64,000 nt of DNA from Sedimentisphaerales bacterium (GCA_041322395.1 JBGLNQ010000001.1:2118961-2182960), one strand, 5' to 3'. Positions 1-11,100 are shown, counted from the first letter of the stretch. Numbers and translations are program-made. The notes: generated from the letters alone by a model not told the origin.

Positions 1-14
1 CACTAAAAAAAGAA

Positions 15-43
15 TTGCATAACGCCGATAGTTACGTTAAAAT
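15..43 (+). promoter_or_regulatory. sigma70-like promoter candidate (TTGCAT-N17-TAAAAT)
   Basis: TTGCAT at 15-20, a 17-nt spacer and TAAAAT at 38-43, about 80 nt upstream of the first CDS. Motif match only. Confidence 0.35.
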
Positions 44-120
44 ACGTTATATTAGCTACGTTCTAAGAATTCGAAAATCGCGGGTAGCCGCGTCGTTCAG
101 CCGATGGGAGGTTAGTGATC

Positions 121-1419
121 ATGGCTGCTATGTTCTATTCTTTGCAGGAAGCTGCCGAGCGACTCGGCAAAACAGAAGCCGACATTAGAGAAATAGTCCA
201 GTCGGGCAAGTTGCGGGAATTTCGCGACGGTCCGAATCTGCTGTTCAAAGTCGATGAGGTCGATGCCCTGGCGCCCCAGGCCGAGATTCTTCTGGAATTG
301 GATATTCCTCATGCCCCGGTCCCGCTTCCGCCACAAGGCGGTATCCCCGTCGAGCCGGACGTCCCGCAGATTTTTGAGCCGGACGATCCGCAACTTGAAA
401 TACTCCTCGAATCGGATGCCCCACAGGCCCAGGCCCCTCAACCGGAGATGCCCGAACTGCAAATCCCCGAAGCGGCGGCCCCTGAGCTTGAAACTCCCGC
501 CGAGCCGGAACCGTTCGATATGGATATATCCGATCTGGAGATTGACGAGCAGGCCGGCGGCGAGTCTGAAATCGCTTCGGAATCGGGGACGTCTGCGATG
601 GATCTATCCGGTTTGGATATCCCCGAACTCGAAGATGCGATAGCACAAGGCCCGCCCGCCGGAACAAGCGAAATACTGCTGGCCCCCCCTGAAACCGGAG
701 TACCCGCCGTACCGAGCGAATTGACAAATGCCGATACAGCTATCACCGGAGAAGGCGTCAACGTCCTTGGCGAGACCGACCGGGACTATGCTATCACCGA
801 CGACACCCTGGGTGAGACGGTGGGTTCGCTGGGCCTTGCTTCAACGGGAACGACGCCCGAAGCATCCTTTGAAGAAATTGAAGGGGATGTGAATCTGGAT
901 AGTTTCGGTAGCGGTTCCGGGTTGCTCGACCTGTCTTTGCAAGCCGACGACACCTCACTTGGCGGAATTCTCGATGAGATATACACCGCTGAAGACGAAG
1001 CTGTCGAGCCGGCTGATGCGGGCACGGTCGCCGAAGTGGCCGCAGAGGCAGACCAAATTGACGACGAACTTTTGACGCCCCAAGCTGGCCTGGCAATGCC
1101 CGGATTCGCCCAGACCTACTTCGAGCCGGCACCGGACAAGGCAAGCGGTATTCTCGGAGCAATGCTTTTTGTGCCTTTGTTCTTTTTAGTCTATATCGCA
1201 ATCGTGGCGTTCGGCGGCCTTAAAGGCGTCTCGCCGTCTCTGCTGGAGGCGACTAAGGGCTTTGTTTGGTATATTGTAATAGGATTCGGCGTCATCACGG
1301 TCGGTATTGGCTTTTACGCCTTGTTCATGGCGGACAAAGAGGCCACGCCGGCAGCCAAGAAACCCCAAAAAGCCAAGAAGCCAAAAAAGCCCGAGAAGCC
1401 GAATAAGGCAAAGAAATAG
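121..1419 (+). CDS. membrane protein with N-terminal helix-turn-helix (MerR/excisionase-like) domain, a long acidic/Pro-rich region, C-terminal TM helices and a Lys-rich tail
   Basis: Long ORF. GGGAGG at 106-111 lies 9 nt before ATG 121. The N-terminus YSLQEAAERLGKTEADIREIVQSGKLREF looks like an HTH. Hydrophobic segments LFVPLFFLVYIAIVAF and VWYIVIGFGVITVGIGFYALF are followed by KKPQKAKKPKKPEKPNKAKK. Confidence 0.7.
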   Translation: MAAMFYSLQEAAERLGKTEADIREIVQSGKLREFRDGPNLLFKVDEVDALAPQAEILLELDIPHAPVPLPPQGGIPVEPDVPQIFEPDDPQLEILLESDAPQAQAPQPEMPELQIPEAAAPELETPAEPEPFDMDISDLEIDEQAGGESEIASESGTSAMDLSGLDIPELEDAIAQGPPAGTSEILLAPPETGVPAVPSELTNADTAITGEGVNVLGETDRDYAITDDTLGETVGSLGLASTGTTPEASFEEIEGDVNLDSFGSGSGLLDLSLQADDTSLGGILDEIYTAEDEAVEPADAGTVAEVAAEADQIDDELLTPQAGLAMPGFAQTYFEPAPDKASGILGAMLFVPLFFLVYIAIVAFGGLKGVSPSLLEATKGFVWYIVIGFGVITVGIGFYALFMADKEATPAAKKPQKAKKPKKPEKPNKAKK

Positions 1420-1527
1420 CCGAATCACGCTCTTCATAATCGGAAGATTCGGCCGGCTTAAGCCTCGATAAATCAGATAACCGCCACAGCGTAAGCGGCA
1501 AAAGCGCTCTGAAGCTTTGCGCATCCC

Positions 1528-1887
1528 TTACAGCAGTTGTTCGATGGCCCGGCGAATATCTTTCTTACTGGTCAAGCCGACCCATCTGCCCCTGACTTGC
1601 CCGTTCTTGAACAAAACGACCGTCGGCAGTCCGCTTATCCCGAATTCGACGGCGCTGTCGCGCTCCCGCTCGGTATTGAGATTGCCGACTCTGACCTTTT
1701 GGGAGTATTCCTCGGCGATTTCCCGGATTATCTGTGCGATCAGTTTGCAGGCCCCGCACCATGGCGCCCAGAAATGCACGAGAACCGGCATATCGGATCC
1801 GTGAACCACATCGTCGAGAGTCGTGTCGGTCAGTTCAACTACATCGTCTGAGATAATATGTTCTTCTGATGATCCCATTGCCGCCAA
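1528..1887 (-). CDS. trxA: thioredoxin
   Basis: WAPWCGACK active-site motif, thioredoxin-sized ORF (119 aa). Confidence 0.9.
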   Translation of the reverse strand: MAAMGSSEEHIISDDVVELTDTTLDDVVHGSDMPVLVHFWAPWCGACKLIAQIIREIAEEYSQKVRVGNLNTERERDSAVEFGISGLPTVVLFKNGQVRGRWVGLTSKKDIRRAIEQLL

Positions 1888-1957
1888 TCAATCAAGAACC
1901 AACAAGTCGCCAAATCCATCCGGCGTTGTATTTTATAGCAAGAGAGCTTCTCAGCCG

Positions 1958-2968
1958 TTAATATTGCGTTTCCGTTTCATCTTCCCCCTCAAAGCCCACC
2001 TGTTCTGCATATTCCGGCGCCTCCCACATGGTCGGCCTGATCTCTGATGATATTTCAGCGATAGGCACAGCAAGCTGTTCGGTCGGCTCGCTGAGCAAAA
2101 CTGCAGGCGGCTCTTGGCTGGGCAGTTCAGAGATCGGTATCAGCCGTTCCGTAGCCTGCTCGGTATCAGGATTATCCTCGCTGCCGCCAGCCTCGGAAAC
2201 TGCGAGAATCGCGTTCTGCACCGCCTGCTCAGGCGGTTCGTCGGTTAATGCACGCAGATAAATACCGGATGCCGCTGCCGGCTGTTCGGCCGAGATCAGC
2301 TTGCTGCGAGTCAACTCCAGCAGCGCCAGGAATAGACCCACCATCACCAGCCGACCGCTGCCTCGCTCGAAAATCTGCTCGAAAGTCAACTGCCCCTCGC
2401 TCTGAAGACGATGCAATATCTCGATCTGATACAGGTCGATAGGCGTATCGTCGGCGATATGGCTGATATCGGCCGGTACGCCCGTCGCTTTGCATATCGA
2501 ATCGAATGCTTCGAGCAGGTCCCAGATGCTGATCTGCTCGATATCCATCTCCGGCTCCGCCTGGCCGTTCAGCTTATCGATAATACTGTCCGGACGTGGG
2601 AATCGCTGTTTGTGCTCATCCGCCGCGGCACTGAGAAGATTCGCGGCGTCTTTGAACTTCTTGTACTCGAGAAGCTGGCGAATAAGCTCGGCACGCGGAT
2701 CCGAGAACTCATCCTCGCCTATCATTTCGGGTTCGGCCCTGGGAAGAAGCATCGCCGACTTGATCTGCATCAACGTTGCCGCCATCACAAGAAAATCGCC
2801 GGCAAGATCGATATCCAAGCTCTTGAGCATCTCGATGTAACGGATGTACTGGTCGGTTATGCTCGCAATGGAGATGTCGTATATATCGACCTCCTCCTTG
2901 CGAACCAGGTACAAAAGCAAATCCAGCGGTCCGGCAAATACTTCAAGATTTACGCGATAGTCGGCCAA
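1958..2968 (-). CDS. scpA: segregation and condensation protein A (kleisin ScpA)
   Basis: N-terminus FAGPLDLLLYLVRKEEVDIYDISIASITDQY is typical of ScpA. No scpB follows it. Confidence 0.85.
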   Translation of the reverse strand: MADYRVNLEVFAGPLDLLLYLVRKEEVDIYDISIASITDQYIRYIEMLKSLDIDLAGDFLVMAATLMQIKSAMLLPRAEPEMIGEDEFSDPRAELIRQLLEYKKFKDAANLLSAAADEHKQRFPRPDSIIDKLNGQAEPEMDIEQISIWDLLEAFDSICKATGVPADISHIADDTPIDLYQIEILHRLQSEGQLTFEQIFERGSGRLVMVGLFLALLELTRSKLISAEQPAAASGIYLRALTDEPPEQAVQNAILAVSEAGGSEDNPDTEQATERLIPISELPSQEPPAVLLSEPTEQLAVPIAEISSEIRPTMWEAPEYAEQVGFEGEDETETQY

Positions 2969-2983
2969 TTTATGCCCTCGGTA

Positions 2984-3211
2984 TTACTGCTCCTGTTTTC
3001 CTTCGGATTCCAAGATTTCTCGTGCTCGTTGGGCCTGCCCCTCGAAAACCTGCAGATCCAGGTCTATCAGAGCGGGCAGTCCGCAGTACACATTCGCCAC
3101 ATTTTCGCCAGTTACAACAGACTTGATGCCGAAATCCTCAAGCGTCTGCTTTGCCAAATCGGCTTCGATATAATCGGTGAATGAGGCCATCGTAACAAGT
3201 TTCTCTTCCAT
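2984..3211 (-). CDS. small DUF2007-like (putative signal-transducing) protein
   Basis: 75-aa ORF packed between trpS and scpA. The pattern FTDYIEADLAKQTLEDFGIKSVV...AREIL resembles DUF2007. Confidence 0.55.
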   Translation of the reverse strand: MEEKLVTMASFTDYIEADLAKQTLEDFGIKSVVTGENVANVYCGLPALIDLDLQVFEGQAQRAREILESEGKQEQ

Positions 3212-3213
3212 AA

Positions 3214-4179
3214 TTATGCCCCCAGACCAACGGCTTTCCGTGCTTTGGCAAGAGTATCAACGGCCACGGCTCTCGCTCGTTTGGCGCCGCCGACCAGTAC
3301 CTCGTTGACGTAGTCGATATTGCCTTCGAGTTCGGCTCTTTTCTCGCGATATGGCTTGAAATACTCTATTATAAGCTCCGCAAGCCGCTTCTTGGCCTCG
3401 CCGTAGCCCATCGGGCCGTTTCGATATTTCTTTTCCCACTCAGCCAACTCGTCCTCTGAGGCCACTAACTTCAGAAGGGCAAAGACGTTGCATTTAGCGG
3501 GGTCTTTCGGTTCCTCGACCGGCGTCGAGTCCGTAACAATCCTCATAATCTTCTTTTTGACTTGCTCCTCCGGCTCGAATATCTCGATTGTATTGCCGTA
3601 GCTTTTGCTCATCTTACGCCCATCCAGGCCCGGCACGACCGCTACGGACTCGATTATGTGCTCTTTGGGCACCGTGAGTATCTCGCCGTAGTTGTTGTTG
3701 AACCGCATGGCAATATCGCGAGTAATCTCGATGTGCTGCTTCTGGTCGGCGCCGACGGGCACTAATTCGCTGTTAAAAATCAGTATGTCGGCGGCCTGAA
3801 GAATGGGATACGCGAACAACCCGTGATTCGGGCTGAAACCCTGGGCGACCTTATCCTTATAGCTCGTGCACCTTTGCAAAAGCCCCACAGGCGTTACACA
3901 TGAAAGCAGCCAGGCCAATTCCGTAACCTCGGGAATGTCGGATTGACGCCAAAAAACGGTTTTTTCCGTATCCAGGCCGAGAGCCATATAGTCAATCGCA
4001 ACATCAAGAATCCGCTGGGCAATATCCCCGGGAGCCGGATTGCTCGTCAGGGAATGGTAATCGGCAATGAAGTAGAAGCAATCGTGCTCAACCTGCAGCT
4101 CAAGCTGCCGCCGCATAGCTCCGAAAAAATTGCCTATATGAAGCCTGCCCGAAGGCTGGATACCCGAAAGAACTCTCAA
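3214..4179 (-). CDS. trpS: tryptophan--tRNA ligase
   Basis: The class I aaRS signature region SGRLHIGN and the KMSKS motif are present, and the length (321 aa) is typical of TrpRS. Confidence 0.95.
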   Translation of the reverse strand: MRVLSGIQPSGRLHIGNFFGAMRRQLELQVEHDCFYFIADYHSLTSNPAPGDIAQRILDVAIDYMALGLDTEKTVFWRQSDIPEVTELAWLLSCVTPVGLLQRCTSYKDKVAQGFSPNHGLFAYPILQAADILIFNSELVPVGADQKQHIEITRDIAMRFNNNYGEILTVPKEHIIESVAVVPGLDGRKMSKSYGNTIEIFEPEEQVKKKIMRIVTDSTPVEEPKDPAKCNVFALLKLVASEDELAEWEKKYRNGPMGYGEAKKRLAELIIEYFKPYREKRAELEGNIDYVNEVLVGGAKRARAVAVDTLAKARKAVGLGA

Positions 4180-4496
4180 GCTAAACCCCCTTGCAAAAAA
4201 ACGAAAAAACAGGGTAAATCTACTTGGCCCAAAATATCACTTCCACGCGAGAATGTCAAGAATTAACCACGATTTCTCGCTTTGAGTGTGGCCGGAGAAC
4301 ATCCCCGAGCAATTCCGCAATCTCAGGCTCAGCCCCAAATCAGCCCAACAAAGGGACCGCAGCACCGGCAGGCCGTCGCCAAAGCGGCCAAACCAAGATC
4401 AAGATACAGATAGATATTAGCCACACACCACGTTGGGCATAGACCAACCTCGCTGATTACACCCGAGGAGCAGCCTGTTATACGGAACAATACTAT

Positions 4497-4847
4497 TTAA
4501 CGCCGACTCTCAATATCGGTCAAAAGCATGGGGTAAAAGTGACACAGCAGTTCCGGGTAGCTGGTACGGATTCGATCATTGAAATCGAAGACGCAGACCA
4601 AGAACGAAGCATCGCTAAAATGAAAGGAGGGACTGGAACGATCACGCCCGGGCTCCGTGTCGAAATCCTTTCGGATAGTGGGAAATGAGTTGTCCATATC
4701 AAACACGCAAAGATACGTCGTGCCAAAGCAATCTGAAATTCTAAACCATACCAAACGAAATGAAGAAGCACAGATGAACTCAGCGCAGCATATTCGCGAT
4801 ATTAGATCGGAAGAGCAAAGCAGTGGTTGTGTGTTACAGTCTGTCAT
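4497..4847 (-). CDS. hypothetical protein (doubtful) in a low-GC spacer
   Basis: This is the only ORF over 100 aa in the 790-bp AT-richer gap between trpS and gdhA. It has an internal duplicated motif (YLCVFDMD / LVCVFDFND). I recognise no family. Confidence 0.25.
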   Translation of the reverse strand: MTDCNTQPLLCSSDLISRICCAEFICASSFRLVWFRISDCFGTTYLCVFDMDNSFPTIRKDFDTEPGRDRSSPSFHFSDASFLVCVFDFNDRIRTSYPELLCHFYPMLLTDIESRR

Positions 4848-4968
4848 AGTAATGGCCTTTCTGTTTAAGTATAATGTTCAGTATAACTCATTACACTACA
4901 AGCAGTTAGGCCATTTGTCTATCAAAAAATGTGAAAAACCTGTGAAATATTCAGGCTAACTGCGTAAC

Positions 4969-6380
<1,412 letters not shown>

Positions 6381-6491
6381 CCGAACTAATGATAAGATTA
6401 CACAATCGGATAGTTGAGTGTAGTAGTATAGCATAAGTAACGGCTTAAATAATGGAGTAAATACTAATAGGCATCATTAGGGCAGCTTATA

Positions 6492-7376
6492 ATGCATCTG
6501 GAAACACTTAGGATGTTCTGTGATTTGGCTGATCTGCAGAGCTTCTCAAAAACCGCTGAAAAGCACTTTATGAGCCAATCAGCCGTCTCGCAGCAGCTCG
6601 CGCAAATGGAGACCGCTCACAAGTGCCAACTTGTCAGCCGCAAGAAAAGGCCAATTAGGCTTACCAAGGCGGGGCAAATGCTCTACAGCGCCGCCCGGGA
6701 CATGCTTGACAGGTATGAGCAGTTGAAGAACGAACTCAATACCCTGACATCCTCGGTTGGCAGCAGAATAAACGTCGGCAGCATCTTCAGCATCGGAATG
6801 CACACCCTGCCTGACTATGTCAAGAAATTCATGGTCAGCCATCCAAACGTGAATGTCCACATCGAATACTTCAGCGCCGCGAGGATATACGAACTGGTTC
6901 TTGCCGGCGATATCGACATCGGGCTTGTGGCGGTTCCGAAAAGGGATAAACGCCTGGATGTGTACGATTTCGAGAATGAGCCGTTGGTCCTGGCGTGCAG
7001 CCCGAAACATGCCCTGTCGCGCGAGCCGTATGTCGATATCCACAAGCTCCAATTCGAAAAATTCATCGCATTTGATAAAAATGTTCCCACACGCCTCTGG
7101 GTGGACGGCATCCTGGCACGTTACAACGTCGCAGTTAGATGCGTAATGGAGTTTGACAACATCGAAACGGTCAAACGCGCAGTGGAAATAGACACGGGCA
7201 TAAGCATACTGCCGCAAACTGCCATACTTCAGGAACTCGCCGACGGAACAATCAAAGCGGTGCCGTTTTCAAATGAGAATTTCGTCAGGCCCACAGGTAT
7301 AATCGTTCGCAAAGACAAGATATTGGGCCATGCCGGTCGATACTTCCTCGAATTACTCCAGAAGAAAGGCAGGTAG
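6492..7376 (+). CDS. LysR family transcriptional regulator
   Basis: N-terminal HTH region (FSKTAEKHFMSQSAVSQQLAQME) followed by a LysR substrate-binding-length C-terminus. Divergent from gdhA. Confidence 0.9.
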   Translation: MHLETLRMFCDLADLQSFSKTAEKHFMSQSAVSQQLAQMETAHKCQLVSRKKRPIRLTKAGQMLYSAARDMLDRYEQLKNELNTLTSSVGSRINVGSIFSIGMHTLPDYVKKFMVSHPNVNVHIEYFSAARIYELVLAGDIDIGLVAVPKRDKRLDVYDFENEPLVLACSPKHALSREPYVDIHKLQFEKFIAFDKNVPTRLWVDGILARYNVAVRCVMEFDNIETVKRAVEIDTGISILPQTAILQELADGTIKAVPFSNENFVRPTGIIVRKDKILGHAGRYFLELLQKKGR

Positions 7377-7393
7377 TGAGCTAAGGATTTAGG

Positions 7394-7527
7394 CTATCAG
7401 ATTATCAGGATACCAGGTAGTGGACATCAGGAAATCAGGACACCAGATTAATTCGCCAAAGGCGTATCGGTTTTCCCTGCTGTCCTGATTTCCTGGCGCC
7501 CTGCACCCTGATTTCCTGATCTACTGA
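7394..7527. repeat. imperfect inverted cluster of ATCAGGAAATCAGGA word repeats
   Basis: catcaggaaatcaggacac (about 7423-7441) faces tgtcctgatttcctgg and cctgatttcctgatc (about 7471-7520). Confidence 0.7.
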
Positions 7528-7558
7528 TACCCATACTTTAGGCACTTACTCTTGAGAT

Positions 7559-8146
7559 ATGTCAATTAAAGCTGTGATATTTGATCTGGACGGCACCATT
7601 ACCCAGCCGTACCTGGATTTCGATGCTATCCGCAAGGATATGGGGCTGCCAAAGGACTCGGGGCCTATACTCGAATCGATGGAGAAAATGAATGCCCGGC
7701 AACGCCGTCGCGTCGAAGAGATCCTGCACAGACACGAGCAAAAGGCGGTGGCCGAATCCACGCTGAACCCCGGCGCACGGGAAACGCTCGAATCGCTTCG
7801 CCAAGCGGGTATCCTCATCGGAATCCTCACGCGCAACTTACGCGCCAACGCCTTTGCCATCGCCCGGAAGCACAACCTGCAATTCGACGCGGTGTTCGGC
7901 AGGGAAGAAGGCCCGGCCAAGCCCGACTCATTTGGCGTGATGCAAATATGCCGTGAATTCGGCGTCGAGCCAGACGAGACAATGCTGGTGGGGGATTACC
8001 TCTTCGACATGCTCTGTGCAAAGGCGGCTGGTGCCGTGGCGGTGCTGCTGGCCAATCACAGCCAGGCCGACGAATTCGCCGAGCACGCCGATTTTTGTAT
8101 TGAAAAAATCGGTCGAATACTTCAAATTATCAATAATAACAAATAA
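7559..8146 (+). CDS. HAD-superfamily hydrolase (phosphoglycolate phosphatase-like)
   Basis: Motif I (FDLDGTIT) and a later GD motif (LVGDYLFD). Confidence 0.85.
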   Translation: MSIKAVIFDLDGTITQPYLDFDAIRKDMGLPKDSGPILESMEKMNARQRRRVEEILHRHEQKAVAESTLNPGARETLESLRQAGILIGILTRNLRANAFAIARKHNLQFDAVFGREEGPAKPDSFGVMQICREFGVEPDETMLVGDYLFDMLCAKAAGAVAVLLANHSQADEFAEHADFCIEKIGRILQIINNNK

Positions 8147-8185
8147 ATAGACGCACCCAACCTGCACAAAAAAGGAATCAAGGCG

Positions 8186-8992
8186 ATGAAGAAAAAAATA
8201 ATCGGCACAATAGCCGCCCTGCTGTTAACAGCCGGCCTTTGCTCGGCTGGGCAATGCCAAAAGACCTGCGAGACCCGGAATCCTCAAACCTCTCAGGCCG
8301 AGCCGGACCCCGTCGATGCGGTGCTAAAGCAGCTAAACGATAAGACCCAAGAATTAGAGTATTACCAGGGCAAGATCGAATACAAAACCCTCCAGCCTTT
8401 GTTCGAATCAGAAACAACCAGAGAGGGTGATTTGTATTACGCCAGATTCGGGGAGAAATCAAAGCTGAGAATAAACTTCCAAACGCTCAAGCGGGACGAC
8501 GAAAAGGAAGAAAAGTACATCGAGCAGTATATATTCGACGGTATATGGCTTACCCAAATCAATTATCAGATCAAGGCCGTCAAAAAATACCAATTGACCG
8601 AGCCGAATAAGCCCATGGACGCCTTCGAGGCGGCCGGCAACAACATACCGCTGATCGGCTTTACCAAAATCGAGAATCTCAAAAAACAGTTCGAGATCAC
8701 GCTTGTGGCCCAAAAAGACGACAAACCTGCAACTTTTTTTCAACTACATCTCAAGGTTAAGCCGAATTCGAGGTATAAAGATGATTATGTCTCGCTCGAT
8801 TTTTGGATTGATAAGACACTCGGTCTTCCGACAAAGATAATCGCCGCCTCGACCGAAGAAGATGTTTATGAGATAAGATTTCTCAAACCAAGGATCAACA
8901 AAAAGATCGACAAGAAGACCTTTGATTTCGAGATTCCCAAAGGTTTCGGCGAGCCGGAAATAGTTCCGTTAAAGGAAAAAAAGGACAAATGA
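8186..8992 (+). CDS. LolA-like outer-membrane lipoprotein carrier/sorting family protein
   Basis: Signal peptide with a lipobox-like LTAGLCS. The overall pattern resembles the LolA/LppX fold family. Family assignment is from memory only. Confidence 0.55.
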   Translation: MKKKIIGTIAALLLTAGLCSAGQCQKTCETRNPQTSQAEPDPVDAVLKQLNDKTQELEYYQGKIEYKTLQPLFESETTREGDLYYARFGEKSKLRINFQTLKRDDEKEEKYIEQYIFDGIWLTQINYQIKAVKKYQLTEPNKPMDAFEAAGNNIPLIGFTKIENLKKQFEITLVAQKDDKPATFFQLHLKVKPNSRYKDDYVSLDFWIDKTLGLPTKIIAASTEEDVYEIRFLKPRINKKIDKKTFDFEIPKGFGEPEIVPLKEKKDK

Positions 8993-9050
8993 CAGGTATT
9001 TATCATTCTCGATTCAGGCCGGCGCAACGAACGGGCACAGGAGATAATCG

Positions 9051-9854
9051 ATGGAACCCCTGATAATATCGGACGAGGGCTTCTATAAGTTGGTTTCCGA
9101 GCGTGCACAAACGCTGCTCGGCCTTGCCAGCCTTCTATCCCATTGCGAATCTCCCCGCGAGATTCTGACCCGGCCTTTCCTGGGCGAATTTCTCTCGCAA
9201 TCCGTGCAGATCGAAGAGCTTCTCGATGCCTATGATGCGCGCAACAATTGCCAATGGTGCGTTTTCAGGTCGCTTACGGCGGCGATAAAGCTGTTTTCCA
9301 ACGTGAGTTACGAACTGCTTCACATCCAACATGCCCTGCCAGCCTATCGGCTCCTGCCGATCAAGCGTGATTTTGTCGATGCGACGGACAAGACGCTTGA
9401 GTTCACCGGCAAAATACTCTCGACAGCGGCTGGCCAACTGCTCGCCAAGGCCGAACAACTCGAACTGCCGATACCCTCGCAAAGTCTGCGGAACTACTCC
9501 GAAAAGCTCCCTCCAGGGCGACTGCCGCACGATTGCGCCGCCCGCAGAACCGAAACGGTCTCGGAAACAGTTACACTGCTGGCTACCGCCTTTCTGAATC
9601 TGGCCGCCGACAGCAAGAAAATCCGCGCCGCGGCCAAAGCAAAGCCTGAAGAATACGCATCCTACATCTGCGAGTCCTTGACCGAGGAAAGCCTGCGAAG
9701 CCTCGAGCTTCGATTCCATAATCTTCAGTCGCTGTATGATACGTTTGTCTCAGGCACCGAAGTGGAGGATATGGATACGGACCTGCCCGTCCTCAGAGGG
9801 CAACCACGGGAGGTTGCCCCTACGGCGTCGCTGGGGCCCCCTGATGAGTTTTGA
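9051..9854 (+). CDS. hypothetical helical protein, possibly the detached N-terminal part of the downstream GGDEF protein
   Basis: 267-aa ORF in the same reading frame as the GGDEF ORF. Its last about 17 codons are encoded by a REP-like hairpin. Confidence 0.55.
   Translation: MEPLIISDEGFYKLVSERAQTLLGLASLLSHCESPREILTRPFLGEFLSQSVQIEELLDAYDARNNCQWCVFRSLTAAIKLFSNVSYELLHIQHALPAYRLLPIKRDFVDATDKTLEFTGKILSTAAGQLLAKAEQLELPIPSQSLRNYSEKLPPGRLPHDCAARRTETVSETVTLLATAFLNLAADSKKIRAAAKAKPEEYASYICESLTEESLRSLELRFHNLQSLYDTFVSGTEVEDMDTDLPVLRGQPREVAPTASLGPPDEF
9798..9825. repeat. REP-like hairpin (GGGCAACC-N6-GGTTGCCC followed by CTAC)
   Basis: Perfect 8-bp stem at 9798-9805 / 9812-9819. Confidence 0.75.
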
Positions 9855-10211
9855 CAGACAAAATCGGTAATCAAGGTCTATGGATGGCCGGGTGGCACGC
9901 CCAAGCGCAGCTTGAGCGTGTTGTCCGTGTGCGATGGAGCACGGTCAAACAAGTTTGGCCGTGCCACCCACTCGTGCGGCATGAAGCACCGCAAGCTCGC
10001 GCGCTCCAATCCCGAAACCTGATCACCTGCGGCCTACACCGGATGCGTACCACTGAAGGAAATCTCGGTCGAGCCGGGCGCAGAGCGGAGTCGTCCGCGC
10101 AAGGCGTCTGTCCGCAGCAAATCGACTGTCGATCGAAGCAGGCCGGCGGATTTAGGCCCGGCGACGCAGGATAGAATCAGGCAACTCGAGAGATTAGCCA
10201 CCGAGGACGAC

Positions 10212-10778
10212 TTGACGGGGCTGAAAAACCGAAAGTATGTCTGGGAGTTCGCAAGACAGGTTATCAGCCGGGCGAGCACGGTCGGCGGACAGGTCACGCT
10301 CCTTGTTTTCGACATCGACAATCTAAAACACTACAACGACCTTTACGGCCATCTGGCGGGCGATTCGATTTTGAGGCAGGCGGCTGTTCTGGTCCGCCGC
10401 TGCTGCAGAACGCATGACGTGGTCGGCAGGATCGGGGGCGATGAATTCGCCGTAGTATTCTGGGACGACCCGAAACGCGAAAAGACCCTGAACGGCGACG
10501 AGAGACGCTCGGCGCAAGCAGGTCATCCGAGTGAAGCTATCTGTATCGCAAAGCGATTCGTCAGTGAGTTGAAGAAGGCGGAACTGAAATTGCTGGGCCC
10601 GGAGGGAAAAGGCGTATTGGCGATAAGCGGCGGATTGTCGAGCTACCCCCGTGACGGCGCGACGATAGGAGAACTGTTCGAGCAGGCCGACAGAGCGCTG
10701 CTCGACGCAAAACGCGGCGGAAAGAGCAGGATATACCTGGTGGGCAAGTCTCCCGGCGATATAGCGGACATCGACTGA
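10212..10778 (+). CDS. GGDEF-domain diguanylate cyclase, 5' end unresolved (probable pseudogene or truncated gene)
   Basis: DLTGLKNRKY ... RIGGDEFAVVF motifs. The frame is open back to the TGA at 10020-10022, but there is no ATG/GTG/TTG before 10212, which falls inside the domain linker. Confidence 0.8.
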   Translation: MTGLKNRKYVWEFARQVISRASTVGGQVTLLVFDIDNLKHYNDLYGHLAGDSILRQAAVLVRRCCRTHDVVGRIGGDEFAVVFWDDPKREKTLNGDERRSAQAGHPSEAICIAKRFVSELKKAELKLLGPEGKGVLAISGGLSSYPRDGATIGELFEQADRALLDAKRGGKSRIYLVGKSPGDIADID

Positions 10779-10891
10779 ACATCCCCAGTATTAGAGCATT
10801 ACGTCTATAAGAGCCGGGGCCATAAGGAAGACCGGTTTGCGCACAAAATCATGCCAATCCGTTCGTCGGAGAAGACTGTAAACCTCTATAA

Positions 10892-11026
10892 GGAAGTGAG
10901 CTGCGAAGCCTGCCGGATTGTCAGGTGCAACACATCACGGATCGGCTGAATAATCGCCCAATAAAATCGCTTGGCTTTTTGACACCCAATGAAGTATCCT
11001 ATGAACGTAAAAAATCAACAGGATAA
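10892..11026 (+). pseudogene. C-terminal remnant of an IS30-family transposase
   Basis: Translates to ...QVQHITDRLNNRPIKSLGFLTPNEVSYERKKSTG*, matching the LNNRPRKxLxFxTPxE tail typical of IS30. No upstream catalytic part is present. Confidence 0.6.
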
Positions 11027-11100
11027 CATAATGGGATTTGACCCGGTTGAATTTATGAGTTGAATCCACTATAAGAAGAACGTGTTGTCTTTTTGGAGAT

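Noticed and set aside
9841-9870. A CUGAUGA box followed by a 6-bp hairpin (GUUUUG-ACAGA-CAAAAU) resembles the hammerhead ribozyme core. GGGGCCCCCUGAUGAGUUUUGAC also vaguely resembles a tmRNA 5' end.
   Set aside because: The mandatory GAAA after stem II is absent (CGGUAAUC follows). No stem I/III pairing or cleavage-site context could be built. No tRNA-like 3' end or tag ORF is present for a tmRNA.
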